Source: Vicugna vicugna
Taxonomy: Eukaryota
Reading direction: 5' to 3'
NCBI GenBank assembly: GCA_013265495.1
Contig: MU058478.1
Location: 187,816 to 251,815 of the forward strand
DNA: 64,000 nt
Of the stretch, positions 40,160 through 52,224 are shown piece after piece (positions within the stretch are counted from its first letter, which is position 1; each line of letters starts with the position of its first letter). The position numbers and the translations under genes were made by a program. The notes under the pieces were generated by a model. The model worked only from the letters and a program-made list of their open reading frames with translations. It did not search any database and was not told where the DNA came from.

Positions 40160-41620
40160 AGAAGGATTTACTTACTGAAGTAAGATGGACAGAAAATGAA
40201 TTGCAACTGTTTAAAGTGTGTGAGTTCATGGGTTTTGATACAAATATATACAGCCATGAAACCATCACAATCAAAATAATGAACCTATTCATCAGCCCCA
40301 AACATTTCCTCATGCTTCGTGGAAATACCTTGAGATCCTCTATGCCATTTATTAAAAACCTTACCTTTTCTCCACTGAATTATTTTTGTTGAAAATCAGT
40401 TTTGCATCCACTTGTGTGTTTATTTAAGGACTTTCTTTTCTATTCCATTAATTTTTTTCCTCTATATTTATTCCAACACCACATTCTTCAATAGATAATT
40501 GTAACGTATTGAATTTTGAAATCCTACGATGCTCTTTTTAGTCTTTCAATATGCTGAACTGAACTACTTTATTTTACAATGTTCAACCAACACTATAACG
40601 TTGAAGGAAGCCCCAGTTTGTTAGAGTGTGCTTTTTAATACATTGGATTCACTTGCTAAAATTTTCTTAGGATGTTTTGAGTGTATATTTACAAAAATGT
40701 TGTGTGCGGGGTTTATTTTATTGTATGTATACTTTGTAGTACCTTTTCCAGTCTTGCTTTCAGAATAACTCAGCTTCTTGGATTGCTCTGGGAACTCTCT
40801 CCAATGTCTACTTCCTTAAATGTTTGGTAGAGTCTCCAGTGAAGGTGTATAGACTTGGAGCTTTGTTGTTTTTCTTCATGTGGTGGTTGTTTTTTTAGTT
40901 TTTTAATGAGAACATATTGTACTAAAAAAAAATAATTAAAATGCATATAGAACTATCTTTTACAGTGAGTGGTGGGAGTTCGTGGCTTTCAAAAAAATGT
41001 TGCTTATTTCATCCAAGTCAAATTTATTGACATAAAATTATTCATAAGATTTTGTAATTCTTCTCTTGTATCCGTAGATCTTTGGGTGCTGTCCCCCCTC
41101 ATTTCTAACATGGGGTAAAATGTGTCTTCTTTCTTGAGTTTTAACAACTTGATTTATCATCTGAAAAATCCAAGTTTTTGCTCTCTTGCATTGGTCTGTT
41201 ACAATTTTCTCTCTGTAATTGATTTCTGCTACCACCTTAATTATCTTTGTCTTCTGTGGCTCCATACGGTTTTAATTTGCTTTGCTTTTTCTCCTTTCTT
41301 AAGGAACTGAAGTCTTTGAGACCATCTTCCTGTTCTAATATGTGTACCTTGTATTATAAATTTTACTCTAGGGAGTAGTTTAGCTGCACGCTGTAATTTT
41401 TAATAAGTTGTGTTTTCATTATCATTCCATTAAAATGTCTTCTAATTTATTTTCTGATTCATGGATAATAATCATTTTATATTGGATCTATATAGTTGGA
41501 TAATTTTATTATATGTTTCTATTATCAACTTCCAGTATAATTCAATTATGACCAAAGAACATGTGTTGTATGATTTGGATTCCTTTAAATGTATATAAAC
41601 ATTTCTCAAGTATTTTAGTT
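40160..41620 (-). mobile_element. Old L1 fragments
   Basis: L1 3'-end-like (gccatgaaaccatcacaatcaaaataatgaac) and ORF2 antisense motifs (aatgtttggtagagtctccagtgaag). Confidence 0.65.
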
Positions 41621-44600
41621 TTTTTTTTCTTCTTCTTCCATTTAGGACATCAAATCCTGTTCCTTCTCCTCAATGTTGGCAAGAAGTTGCAGCCCTAACC
41701 GGGTTTTAAAGCAAATGAGAAGAAAATATGGGCTGAATGAATGTTTACTCTCCATAAAAATATGTACAAGCATTTGTTGATAATCAGTTTTTCAATTTAA
41801 CTAATTTAATGGAGTTTTGGAAGAATCTATAAGGGCTAGCAAAACTATACATTTTCTTTCTTTCAGGGAAAAAAATAAACATAAAATATGATATTTCACT
41901 GCCAGTGTATTTATTGCTCCCAGATAAACACTGGTTTAGAAAAGTATTGTTTCCTTTCTCATGGAGTGAACCATTTGAAATTGGCTACCATTTTGGATTC
42001 CCCATAAGGAATCTGATCTTTACCTCAAATTATAGTTAAATACTACAGGTAGGACGTAGACTTTTAGGCAGAACTTCAGACACAGGATGTCGGTGTGTAT
42101 GGTCCCTTGTTAGGCAATGACCTTCAAGCACTTGACTGGAGATCTTTGTGCAATGCTGTCCCAGCCTACTTGATCTGAGGACATGCCAACGATGTCATCT
42201 TCTACACACTCTAGTCAGTGTAGTTGGTCCATCCACCATGGGGTTTGATGCAGATAAGCCGCCGTTGAAACCTGCTTCCTTCCTTACCATGTCCTCAGCT
42301 GGGAAGTGGGCAATGAAAGTCCCACCCCACACAATATTTGAGGACGCCATGAGATGGCGTATTGAAAGGCACCAGGTCACAATAATATTTACCTCCCACT
42401 TCAGTCTACTAAGGATCATCACCCTTCCTCCAGCGGTGAGCTCGCTCTCTTTCACTCAGAGAACGCTGAGTTACAGCTCATCCTATTGAAATTCCAGACA
42501 CAACATTTAGATACGGCCAAGTATAAAACAACCCTTAAAAAAAAAAAAAGAAACAAAAGAAAAGCATCATAAATATGGTGGGGAAAGATTGGCTGTTGGC
42601 CTCATGAAAGGCAGTAAATAAGCACTCTATACAGTTCATAAACAAGAGCAAATATCCAAGGTCTTGAGTAATTCAGGCTGTGATTTGTGTCTTGTTGGTG
42701 CCACAATTCAGTAGAGCGCAGACACTGACACCCTTGCTTTTCTTATTCTTAGTTTCTGTTTTTGTTCACTGCCTCCTGTTTTATAAATACAGGCAAATGA
42801 GGCTGTGGAAACACTGATTGTTTTTCTTCCAAAATAAAAAAAAACTTAGAAGAAAAAATGTTTCCATCGATGTGGATAAGCCACAGTACCCTTCCTCTTT
42901 AATTCGGAATGTTGAAAGATAGTTACCTTTTTATCATATATTATGATGCACTTCCAGCTATTTTTAGCAACTAGTTTTTTTACGTATGTTAACGTTGAAG
43001 AAATGCACATAAAAACTGAAAATAAACTCAAAGCTATTTATACGTTTCATCCTCTCTTTGACATCTTTTTAACGCATGCAAACATTGCAAACAACCCTAT
43101 TATTACTTAGCACATTCAGTGTTAACATTGCCCACCTATGAGGAATTTTGAAACCTAGCATTCATTTTGTTTTTAGTTTGCTCCCATGTGGGGGAATTTA
43201 GCTGTTTCTAATTGCTCATGGTTGTCACAGGCATTTGTTATAAAAATCTTTGAATAGTTTTTTTCCCCTCCTTTTCGCCAAATTATTTTTTTTCTTTTAA
43301 ATTTTTTGCTTGCTATTACAAGAAATGATAGATATACAAACTTGAATTGATCTTCTTAGTTACTGTAAAATTGCTCTCCAGAAAGCACAACATAGTTTAT
43401 ACTGACAACAGCGCTGTTCACGTACTTCATCTAAACCACATCATTATTAAATTTTATCTTCTTGCTTTATTTTTGCTTATACAATAGATTCATGTTTCCA
43501 CATAAATGTTATTTAATATTATTAAGAAAAAAGTTTTAATTTTTATTTTCTATTGAATTTACTTCTAATTATCAAAAATACTATTTTATAGCAACATATT
43601 GGCTGTACACCAGAAACTGACACACTGTACCTGACTATAATTCAACCAAAAAACAATTTTGTAAAAGAAATTGTCTCATAAAATGGTGTCAGAAATGAAA
43701 TGAGAGTCACATGCAGTGGGAGGGATGTGTACCCCCTAAACCTGAGGAGCTCATACTAATTGTCGGGGAACCCCCTTTCTGACTAGCATATACCTTCTGC
43801 CTATCTGATTTTCAGCCTTCTCCATCTTCAATGTCCTTTGTCCTTCTTTCCCATCTCAGAGTTTTTTTCCTTTGCCTATTAATTTATTCAATCTATTCTC
43901 CAATGTTTTGTTAACATTTCACCTGCATTTTTTTCAGGCTCCTTAAACATTGATTTTATTATTTCTGCACTTCTTAAAATGTTAAACTTCAAGTAAATGG
44001 AACACTCAGAAATTCTTAAAATTGTAATTAACTGTAATGACTTAGAAATATACACCCTTATAAACATTTTAATGCTGCATGTTTAGTTCACATTAGCAGA
44101 TATTTATCTGTACTCAAATATGAAGACTTTAAAAAAAAAGGAACATAAATAAATGCTGAAAACACACCATATTATTAACCATCTCTACCTGGTTGCTGCT
44201 TAATGGCGTGTTTGTTGACACTATTTCATTTAATAGCATTTTTGTTGTGTAATCACTAGATACGTGTCCATTCACTTCCTGACCACATGAAAGTCATGAC
44301 CATGTGAACCTGAGGACATAAAACCAAAGAGTAAAAAGAGAGGAGGAGCAGTACCCTCTGGGGACAGTGTATTTCTGTTGCTAAGTGTGCTCTCTCCTAA
44401 CTTAAACTAGAGAGGTATCTTTTCTGGTCTTTAATCCCTTGACTCCAGAGTTGAAAATTGCTACCCCCAGCGCTGTTCCTGTGTGAAGTCACAACATGGA
44501 TATAATGTCTCTTGGCACATCATTGCTAACCTCCAGTCCTTGCCACCTGTCTTCTTGGATCTTTAATTTCCTGCAGTTGGGCCAAATGAATAAGTGGCAT

Positions 44601-46324
44601 TTCATGATCCAGAACCTTCTTTTACACCCCAATCTTCAAACTAAATCTGCTAGTACTTACCCATTAAAGTCCCCAAAGTCCTAGGACAGAATTAAGTGGC
44701 TTCAGTCAGGGAACGTTTAGCAAACATTTATCCAAATGCTGAGAAAGTCAATTCAGCTCTTTTCTCTGAAGACTCTTCCCTCCACTCCCGTGCTCTGTGA
44801 GAGAAGGGGGTCATGGTCAAAATTACCTGGAAGGCAATTTATGAAACTGGAAATTCTAGGTGCTCTTTAAACCTAGGGCAAATATACAAGTCAGGGAAGA
44901 AGGATACTGTTTTGTTTCTCAATGTATGTGTGTCCTATTTCTCAGTGAACCAGAATTTGAATGATTTGTAATTGCAGTTTTTAACCATATCTCTATATAG
45001 ACTTTTATTTTGACTGTATCACAGTTGATTTACAATGTTGTGTTAGTTTCTGATGTAGAGCATATTGATTCAGTTATACTATAGAGATATTCCTTTTCAT
45101 ATTCTTTTTCATTATAGGTGTTAGAGAACAATGCACCTCTTGACTCAAATTACTGATTATTTGGTGACTATCATAATGCCATTTGTGTCATGTTATTTCA
45201 ACCTGCTTATTTTGTAGCAAGTCGATGACTGCTTTTACACCAAGTGAAGGGTAGGTCACATCAATGTCGCAACATGCCAAACAGGGGAGGCTTGACAGCA
45301 ATCTTAGTAAAAGAAGCACAGAAGAATGAATTCACCAGATGGTGAATAATTTCAGGCATTTGGTACCATGTTCCATCACATTCTATTTATTTCATGAATA
45401 TGATCAGTTTCCTATGAGCCACAGTGGAATACTAAGAACATGATAAATTTTTTATGAAATATTCAATGATTTTTAGTGTCAAATTTTGAAGCAAACAGTA
45501 AAATTAATCAACCCATGGGCATACTCTAATTATAGTTCAAAGACTTAATTGCTAACTATGGAAAAATAGCATGATGAAGATAGTGTCTCCAACCATGGCT
45601 AGTTATTATCGCAATTTTAAAAGTCGAAAGTAAAATATAACACAAACCTACCTATCTTCTAATTAGCTGCAACTTTTCTGTATAAATTGTAGAAGCAAAG
45701 GTATGTAGAAGAAATTTCAAAATCAGCCTCTTAATTATAATTTATTAGCTTCACTGATCCACATCCTCTTCCCCACTTCCCTGGGCTCGTTGGAGTGAAA
45801 ATTCTTCCAGCCACTGAGGGTGGAAGGAGCTGACAGATCTGACCTTGGCTCCTCAACTCAAGGACATGACATGGCCATTCCCCCAAGTCATATTCCCAAA
45901 GCCGATATCCAATATTGGATGATGAAGGGCTGTGAAAATCAGGGCACTCCCCACGAATGGGACAACTCAGCAGGACCCTTCAGATCCAGAGCTCCCAGTA
46001 TCTCATCAGTGGAGGCAACTGTAGTGACTTTTTCTGTTCACTTCTCCTTTTATTTCACATCAATCCTGGGGAGATTCCCTAACAAATTTCTAACAGGCAA
46101 ATAAGACTATGGGTGGTAAGTCGCTGCTTTTGAACACACGTCTCTGTTAAAAAGCAACGTAGATTTTTATGTTCTTCAATCCAGCAGATAGATCAAGCTG
46201 TCTGTCCCTTCAAATGAAAAGAAAACAAATTAAGATGTTGCATAAAATATAAAATATTATAAAATGTTCATCCAGTCAGAATATGCACAATTCTCAGACA
46301 TTCTACGTGAAAGCAAGAATGAAG

Positions 46325-46515
46325 AGGGGGCAGGGGACAATTCAGTTGGTAGAGTGCGTGATTACCTTGCATTGAGGTCTTGGGTTCAATCCCCAGTACC
46401 TCCATTAAAGACATAAATAAATCTAATCACATCTCCCCCAAAACAAATAATAAAAACAAGCAAACAACATTTAAAAAAAGAAAAACATTAATAATAATAA
46501 TAATAATAAAAATTA
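46325..46515 (+). mobile_element. Camelid-type SINE
   Basis: A box tcagttggtagag, B box gggttcaatccc, A-rich and (AAT)n tail. Confidence 0.85.
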
Positions 46516-46639
46516 AGGAGCTAGGAGGCAGACTTTCCCTGAAAGAGATTTTTTTTCCAAACCAAGGTGACCTGGAAGTTAGATTTTTGTGATCATGCAG
46601 AAAGCAAAGCATAGAACACACAAAGGAGATGCTGCTGGA

Positions 46640-47152
46640 GGTGGACAGCTGGGGACATAGGACATAGGAGGCTGCCACCCTTAGAAAGGTCTGCTCGCAA
46701 AACTGTCCTTGACTAGTGTTTAAGAACTTGGGTTTCAGGAGGGTTCCCATCATTTCCAGATCTGCTGGGAGTACTCACTGCGCCTGAATAATTTGCGTAA
46801 CAGTGTGATTTATGGTGAACGTCTGCTCTCTTGCTGGGAGCTTGGAACTCTGGTCCATGCTAGACATCATTAGATTCCAACAAAGCCCTTGGGCACTGAG
46901 TCCCTAATGAGCATCCTCATTCAACAGCACTTCATGGGGTGGCCACCATTGCAGGCTGGACGAGGTAAGTGTGTCCTGTGTGCCTCTGGGACTTTTGTGC
47001 CCGCTTCTCCTGGCCTTTTCCCCACATGCTACGTCCTTTTTCTTTATCCTTTGTTGGAATACATCACCATTGTGAGGACGACTATATGCCGTGTTCTGTG
47101 AGTCTTCCCGGTGAGACATCAACCCTGGGGTGGTTTTTAGGGACTCCCAACA
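46640..47152 (+). mobile_element. MER21-like ERVL LTR
   Basis: gggcactgagtccctaatgagc...ctgtgagtcttcccggtgagacatcaaccctggggtgg...ggactcccaaca. Confidence 0.7.
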
Positions 47153-47479
47153 TCAGAGTCTAGCTGTGATCTCTTAAAAACATGCACCATCTGTGCAAAG
47201 ATGGACTAGTTAGAAATATCAGATTCAACAGAAAGATCACGTCTTTCTCCAACCTTAGCATAGCATCAATAAGAGAGTTAGAACAGGACACAATAGCATT
47301 GGAATCTAGACCAAGAAGAGGGAGTGATGGAAAGGAATAATTTAAAAGATTATAACTGAGGCTTCTGGCATAAACTCAGGATGATCTTTTTTTCCTTGAC
47401 TACATGAAGAAGACTTACTAATTTATTTGCTTAAAAATTAACATAAAGACAGCCAGCTTTTAGTGTGTCCGGTTCTATG

Positions 47480-48620
47480 ACTCAGAACCGCCATCGCACA
47501 CAGGATACACGCCCGCTCTCTCACACTGGAATACTCCTGGTGCCTTCCCTTTGCCAGCACATCCTCCCCTTCCCCAAACTCTGGGAAACTGTTCTCCATC
47601 ACCACGACTTTGCCTTGTCAAGGCATGTTATTTGGTGGAAACTCAGAGTATGTAACCTTTTCAAAGAGGCATCTTCCCCTCCACCAAATGACTTCCAAAT
47701 GGATCAAAGTCGCTGCGGATCAATGTTTCCTTTGTCTTTTACTGTTGTGTAGTTTTCTTTTGCATAGGTCTAAAAAAAAAATATGTGTAACTACCCACCC
47801 TTTGAAGGATGTTTGGGTTGTTTCTTTCTTTATGAAATTCAGAAAAGAGGGAATAGCAGCATTCACGTACATGTTTTGTGTGAATATATTTTTATCACGC
47901 TGGGGTAAATAAATGCACTGTCTTATGGAAAGTATACAGTTAAACTTTCAAGAAGCTCCTAACTATTTTGCAGACAAACCCAGATGTATCATCTTTAATT
48001 TCAGCAGCAACGGACCCATGGTTTGTCACCAGTGGTGTTATTGCCATGCTGGACTTCCACCCTCCTAATATCTGTGCAGAGTCATTTCATCCTGTTTTAT
48101 TTTCTGTTTACCTAATGGGTAATGATGTGGGGCATTTTTTTTTCATTTTCTTCCTTGTCATCCACGAATCCCCTCGAGGAAGTGTCTGTTCTAAACTTTG
48201 ATCCAATTTTGAGTTGGTTGCTTTGTTTCTTGCTCCTGAATTTTAAGCAATTTTTATAGGTTCTGCACAAAAGTCCTTTTTCAGCCGGGTTATTTGAAAT
48301 TATTCTGTCTCAGTCACTGTGCTGGCTTTTTATATGCCTAACAGTGGCTTCCGCAGACCAAATTTTTTATTTCAGTGGATGCTAATTCATGATTACTATT
48401 ATAATTATCATTATTATCTATGAGTAGAAGTTTTGGTCCATGTGTAGAAAATAGGTGCCTAATTTCAGGTCATGAAAAATTTCACCTGTTTTCTTCCAAA
48501 TGTTGTATAATTTTGTGTTACATTTAGACCTATGACTCAATCTGAGTTAAATTTTATGTAAAATTTGAGACTTAACTCATGGATCATTGTTCTGTCCATG
48601 AATGCCCAGTCGTTCCAATT
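47480..48620 (-). mobile_element. Old L1 3' region
   Basis: Antisense L1 motifs (acatttagacctatgactcaatctgagttaaattttatg). Confidence 0.65.
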
Positions 48621-50247
48621 TCTCAATGTCTAGCAAGGTCCACTATGGCAGCAAATAAAACTTTCTTTCATTTGCTAAAACCAGATTTCCTTTGATTAAT
48701 GTTTCACTAATTGTCAATGTAAATTTCAAAGTTATTTACATTTGCATAAAGGATTTACAAACAGACAAACAAATTAGAAGAACAAGAGTAATAAGGGGTT
48801 AAATATTTCGGTGACATTAAATTCTGGGTTTATATTCCTCAAGTCTGTCACGAATTACCTTTTAATCATTTGTTTGATGTATTATCTTTACATATGAAGG
48901 TTCATATGTAAAAGCAGGCCCTGCAAGTCCAGTTTTTAGGCCTAAGGACATGCCTGTTATTCCAAATTCTATGACGTGATTCCAAAGTATATTTTGGCTT
49001 TGCCAAAGGAAAGAAAGGAAGAGGAGAGGAGAGGATGAAAGATAAAAAAATCTGGAACAACAAAGAATGAAAGAAAGAACTGGCGACCAAAGTTGTCAGG
49101 TTTTAGGAAAATAATACTTGAAGAGACGGAGCAAATAATTATGCTGGTTTGTTTTCAAAGACTGTATGATGAGTCTTTGTTTTGTTTTGTTTTGTTTTTC
49201 CCCTCAACTGAGGCATTTTGTATCAAAAAACAAACAAAAAAAGGACCTTTTCTGGCTTAAGCCCATGTATGTTGTAAAACTTCTTGGAACCAATTTTGAT
49301 GTCTGTGGACCCTTTCCCAGCGTCCCGTGGAGTTGTTGCTATGGGTTACCAGGTGCAATTCCTTCTGAATTAACCTAGTTCTTCTAAGATCCTACATGCT
49401 AATTACCATCAAAACCATCTCCTGGCCGCAGATTTCTTTGAAGACAGCAGGATTGCCAGGGGACAAGTCAGGGGGCATGGAAAGCCACCAGTTATAGTAA
49501 TTACAACAGAAGGAAACCTCTTAGATCAAATTTACACCACCGAGAACCCACCAGTCTTAAAAATGTTTAAATGTTCCAACTCTTTCTGTAAAGAATATGG
49601 CTGTAAACTTAAGGAAACCTCCGGATACTGACACCATTATTCAGAAGAACTTGAGGAAACATAAAAATTGTGGGACAAGTTTACTGTTAGCAGAACAAGG
49701 AAACATATGTTTAATACATTTGCTTGTGATTGTTAATATTCCTAGAAAATGACTAATGTTTTCTGTGCCTGTAACTCAAATGTATATAAATCACATTATG
49801 TGTGTGTGTGTGTGTGTATATATGTATACAATTGTTTCTTTTTTTCCAGTTAGCACTGTATCATTAAGAAGGAGTAAGGATGCCATGTGTGACCCTAATC
49901 TGTTCTTTTGACACCTGTGTCCTATGAACCCTGCACCCTTCCCTGCTCAGTCACACGGGAATGGACCTCAAGGTCATCTCCAGCTCCCTGTCAATGAGAA
50001 ATGCAGGAGCGTTCCTGCACATGCCCACCAGCCATCAATCAATCAGAGAACTTTGATCTTCCTAAACTTTGGAGCAATAGCGAGCTACTCTCCATTAATT
50101 GTTCTAATATTTTGTCCTTCCCATTTCACGATTCCCCCAGCTCTGGGATTTGATATGTAACTAGTTACACTTTTTAGATATTTAGATATAAGCATTGAGC
50201 TATACTTTCCATGTCCACAATATCGTTTTTCAGTATTTTTTTTGTCT

Positions 50248-50280
50248 NNNNNNNNNNNNNNNNNNNNNNNNNNNNNNNNN
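50248..50280. other. Assembly gap (33 N)
   Basis: Read directly. Confidence 1.
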
Positions 50281-50418
50281 GAGATTCATCCTAACTCATT
50301 TTTTTAAAGTTGTATCCATCTACTTATTACAATGTTTTTTTAAAACAGTTTTATTTTTCACATCCAAAGTAGACACAGTTCTTTTGATGATCTTGTTTTA
50401 GCTTATACTGCTAAATTG

Positions 50419-51470
50419 TTTTTTAATTTAAGGGAAAGCGTGAATGCAAAATGTTATCTCATTTCTTTACATATATTACAGGGAAAATTCCTTATCCTTT
50501 CCTTACATTTTTATTCAGATATGCTATAATATCTACCTGTCCAGCAGTCTTTTAAAGCAGTTTTGGATTTCTTGATTGTCTAGCTCTTCTGGTCTGTTGG
50601 TTGCTATCTTCCTGTCATTGTCTCAAATCCATCTTATCTCAAAATACATTTGGGGCAGGGGCCAATGACCGGGGCCTTGCCTATTTCAAATCAGTCAATT
50701 TAAAGAAAGATGTGTTAATCACTCCTTTTGCTACTATGTGACAGGCAACTCCTTTGGTTAAATGGTACCCTTTCATTTTGTCTTATATTCTTAACTCAAA
50801 ACAGCATGGATTGTAATCAGTGTCTTTATGCTGTAGATGAGCTGTTGAGCAGTTTGGAGAACAAAGGTGCAAAGGGAGGGTCCAAAGGCATCACGTCAAA
50901 TCATTCCTATTTTTAGCAATACTTTGTCCATCCTCACAAATCTTTTTAAAAGCTCTGATGTTTCTCCAAGGATGCAAGCACCCCGGTGTTTAGATTCTGC
51001 TACAGATTTCCACAGGGAAGCATCAGACAAAGATTTTTGCATTGCGACGCTGAAAAGAGACCAAAGCAGATTTTATTCGATTTTTCCATCCTCTCATCCC
51101 TCAGCTCTGTGTCAGCAGACATTTCGCCTTACTTCCTTCATCCCCAACATCAAGGCAGCCTTCTTTTGTTCAGCTTTGTGAAATCTTCACTAGTGCCTGG
51201 AATCCATTTTCCCATCAGTTTGTTCTGTTTCTTCACTGTTGATGTTGGGGTTCATAGCACAAGCCAGCTCACCAGCTCAGTAGAACACTGGATTCTGTGT
51301 TCAGCTCACAGACGTGTCCAGTTTGACAAACAAAGGTTTTTCATAAGTTGAACTTGAATCCTACACCTGGAGGTACACTTTCCACATGGTCACACCATTG
51401 CACTTTCCCCAGCCTTGTTCCCTTGTCTCTGGTACCTCCCTGCTTTCGAGGGGATGAGTGTCTGACCTCA
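50419..51470 (-). pseudogene. Candidate endogenous bornavirus-like nucleoprotein element (EBLN), disrupted by stops and frameshifts
   Basis: Minus-strand blocks in order: GKVQWCDHVESVPPGVGFKFNL*KTFV (from 51409), LDTS (51321-51310), NRIKSALVSFQRR (51082-51044), GETSELLKRF (50967-50938), FGPSLCTFVLQTAQQLIYSIKTLITIHAVLS (50886-50794), [21 protein letters not shown] (50707-50642), FETMTG (50627-50610). These align colinearly with BDV N motifs recalled from memory. Not database-verified. Confidence 0.6.
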
Positions 51471-51626
51471 GGTAGAATTGTAGAATAAATTTAATGAATG
51501 GTAAGAGATGAAACTGGAAAAAAAAATTGCCAAGTAAAATTGTGAAGAATATTAAATGATAGAATAAGGGGATGTAATGCCTTATTTACCCACCGAAAGG
51601 AATGGGGGTGTCTGGGGATAGAATAG

Positions 51627-52224
51627 TGTTGCCAGAGAGTAGATTCTTGTCTCTTTGCAGAAAGAATTCAGAGAGAAGACATGGAGATCAGGAAAGTAAA
51701 GTGAGGATTTATTGGATGACAGGATGCTCTTAAGGGGCAAGTGGGTGGACTCAGGTGAGTAGCTGCCCTGAGTTTCTTGGGCAAGCTGGTTACATTGGGT
51801 ATAAAAATAAATGGGTGGAACTTTCATTGGGGAGGGAGGGGTTTGGGGTCATATTCTCTGATTTCCATCCAGTTCTACCTTCCTAAGAGAAGGAGGCATT
51901 TTTGTCCTTATTTAGCTTGGATCAGAAGTGTCCTGACATCAGTGCATGATGGGTACTTCCAATCTGCAAGGCTAATTTTATTGTAATGAGGGCATAATGA
52001 GCAAAAGGTTACATTCAGACAAGAAATTCCTGCCTTACCCCACCTTTCTTTGCCTCCAGAACAATTTTTCACCCCCCAAATGTGTGGTTTCTCATCACTC
52101 TGAAGTTTCCTGCTTTCGTTGTCTGACCAAGGACCCTGGTTGTTCACAAAGATGTGTGGTTTCCTGACATTTGGCCCATGTCCCCCTTTTTCTGCTCAAA
52201 TCTAGCTCTCTGCCTGTTCTAACA
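51627..52224 (-). mobile_element. ERV1-type solo LTR, family B copy 2, apparently inserted in an L2 remnant
   Basis: tgttgccagagag...gaggatttattgg (AATAAA on minus)...tgttctaaca. Left boundary approximate, no clean TSD. Confidence 0.8.

Noticed and set aside
45910..45935. 14-bp palindrome atccaatattggat and surrounding 94-aa ORF
   Set aside because: Sits in sequence resembling an old ERVL LTR; one such palindrome in 64 kb is expected by chance.
46325..46410. tRNA gene (A and B boxes)
   Set aside because: No full cloverleaf; it continues into the SINE body and tail and matches five other SINE copies.
50867..51351. Plus-strand ORFs of 104 and 121 aa as genes
   Set aside because: No recognisable protein features; better explained as antisense shadows of the degraded minus-strand coding sequence.
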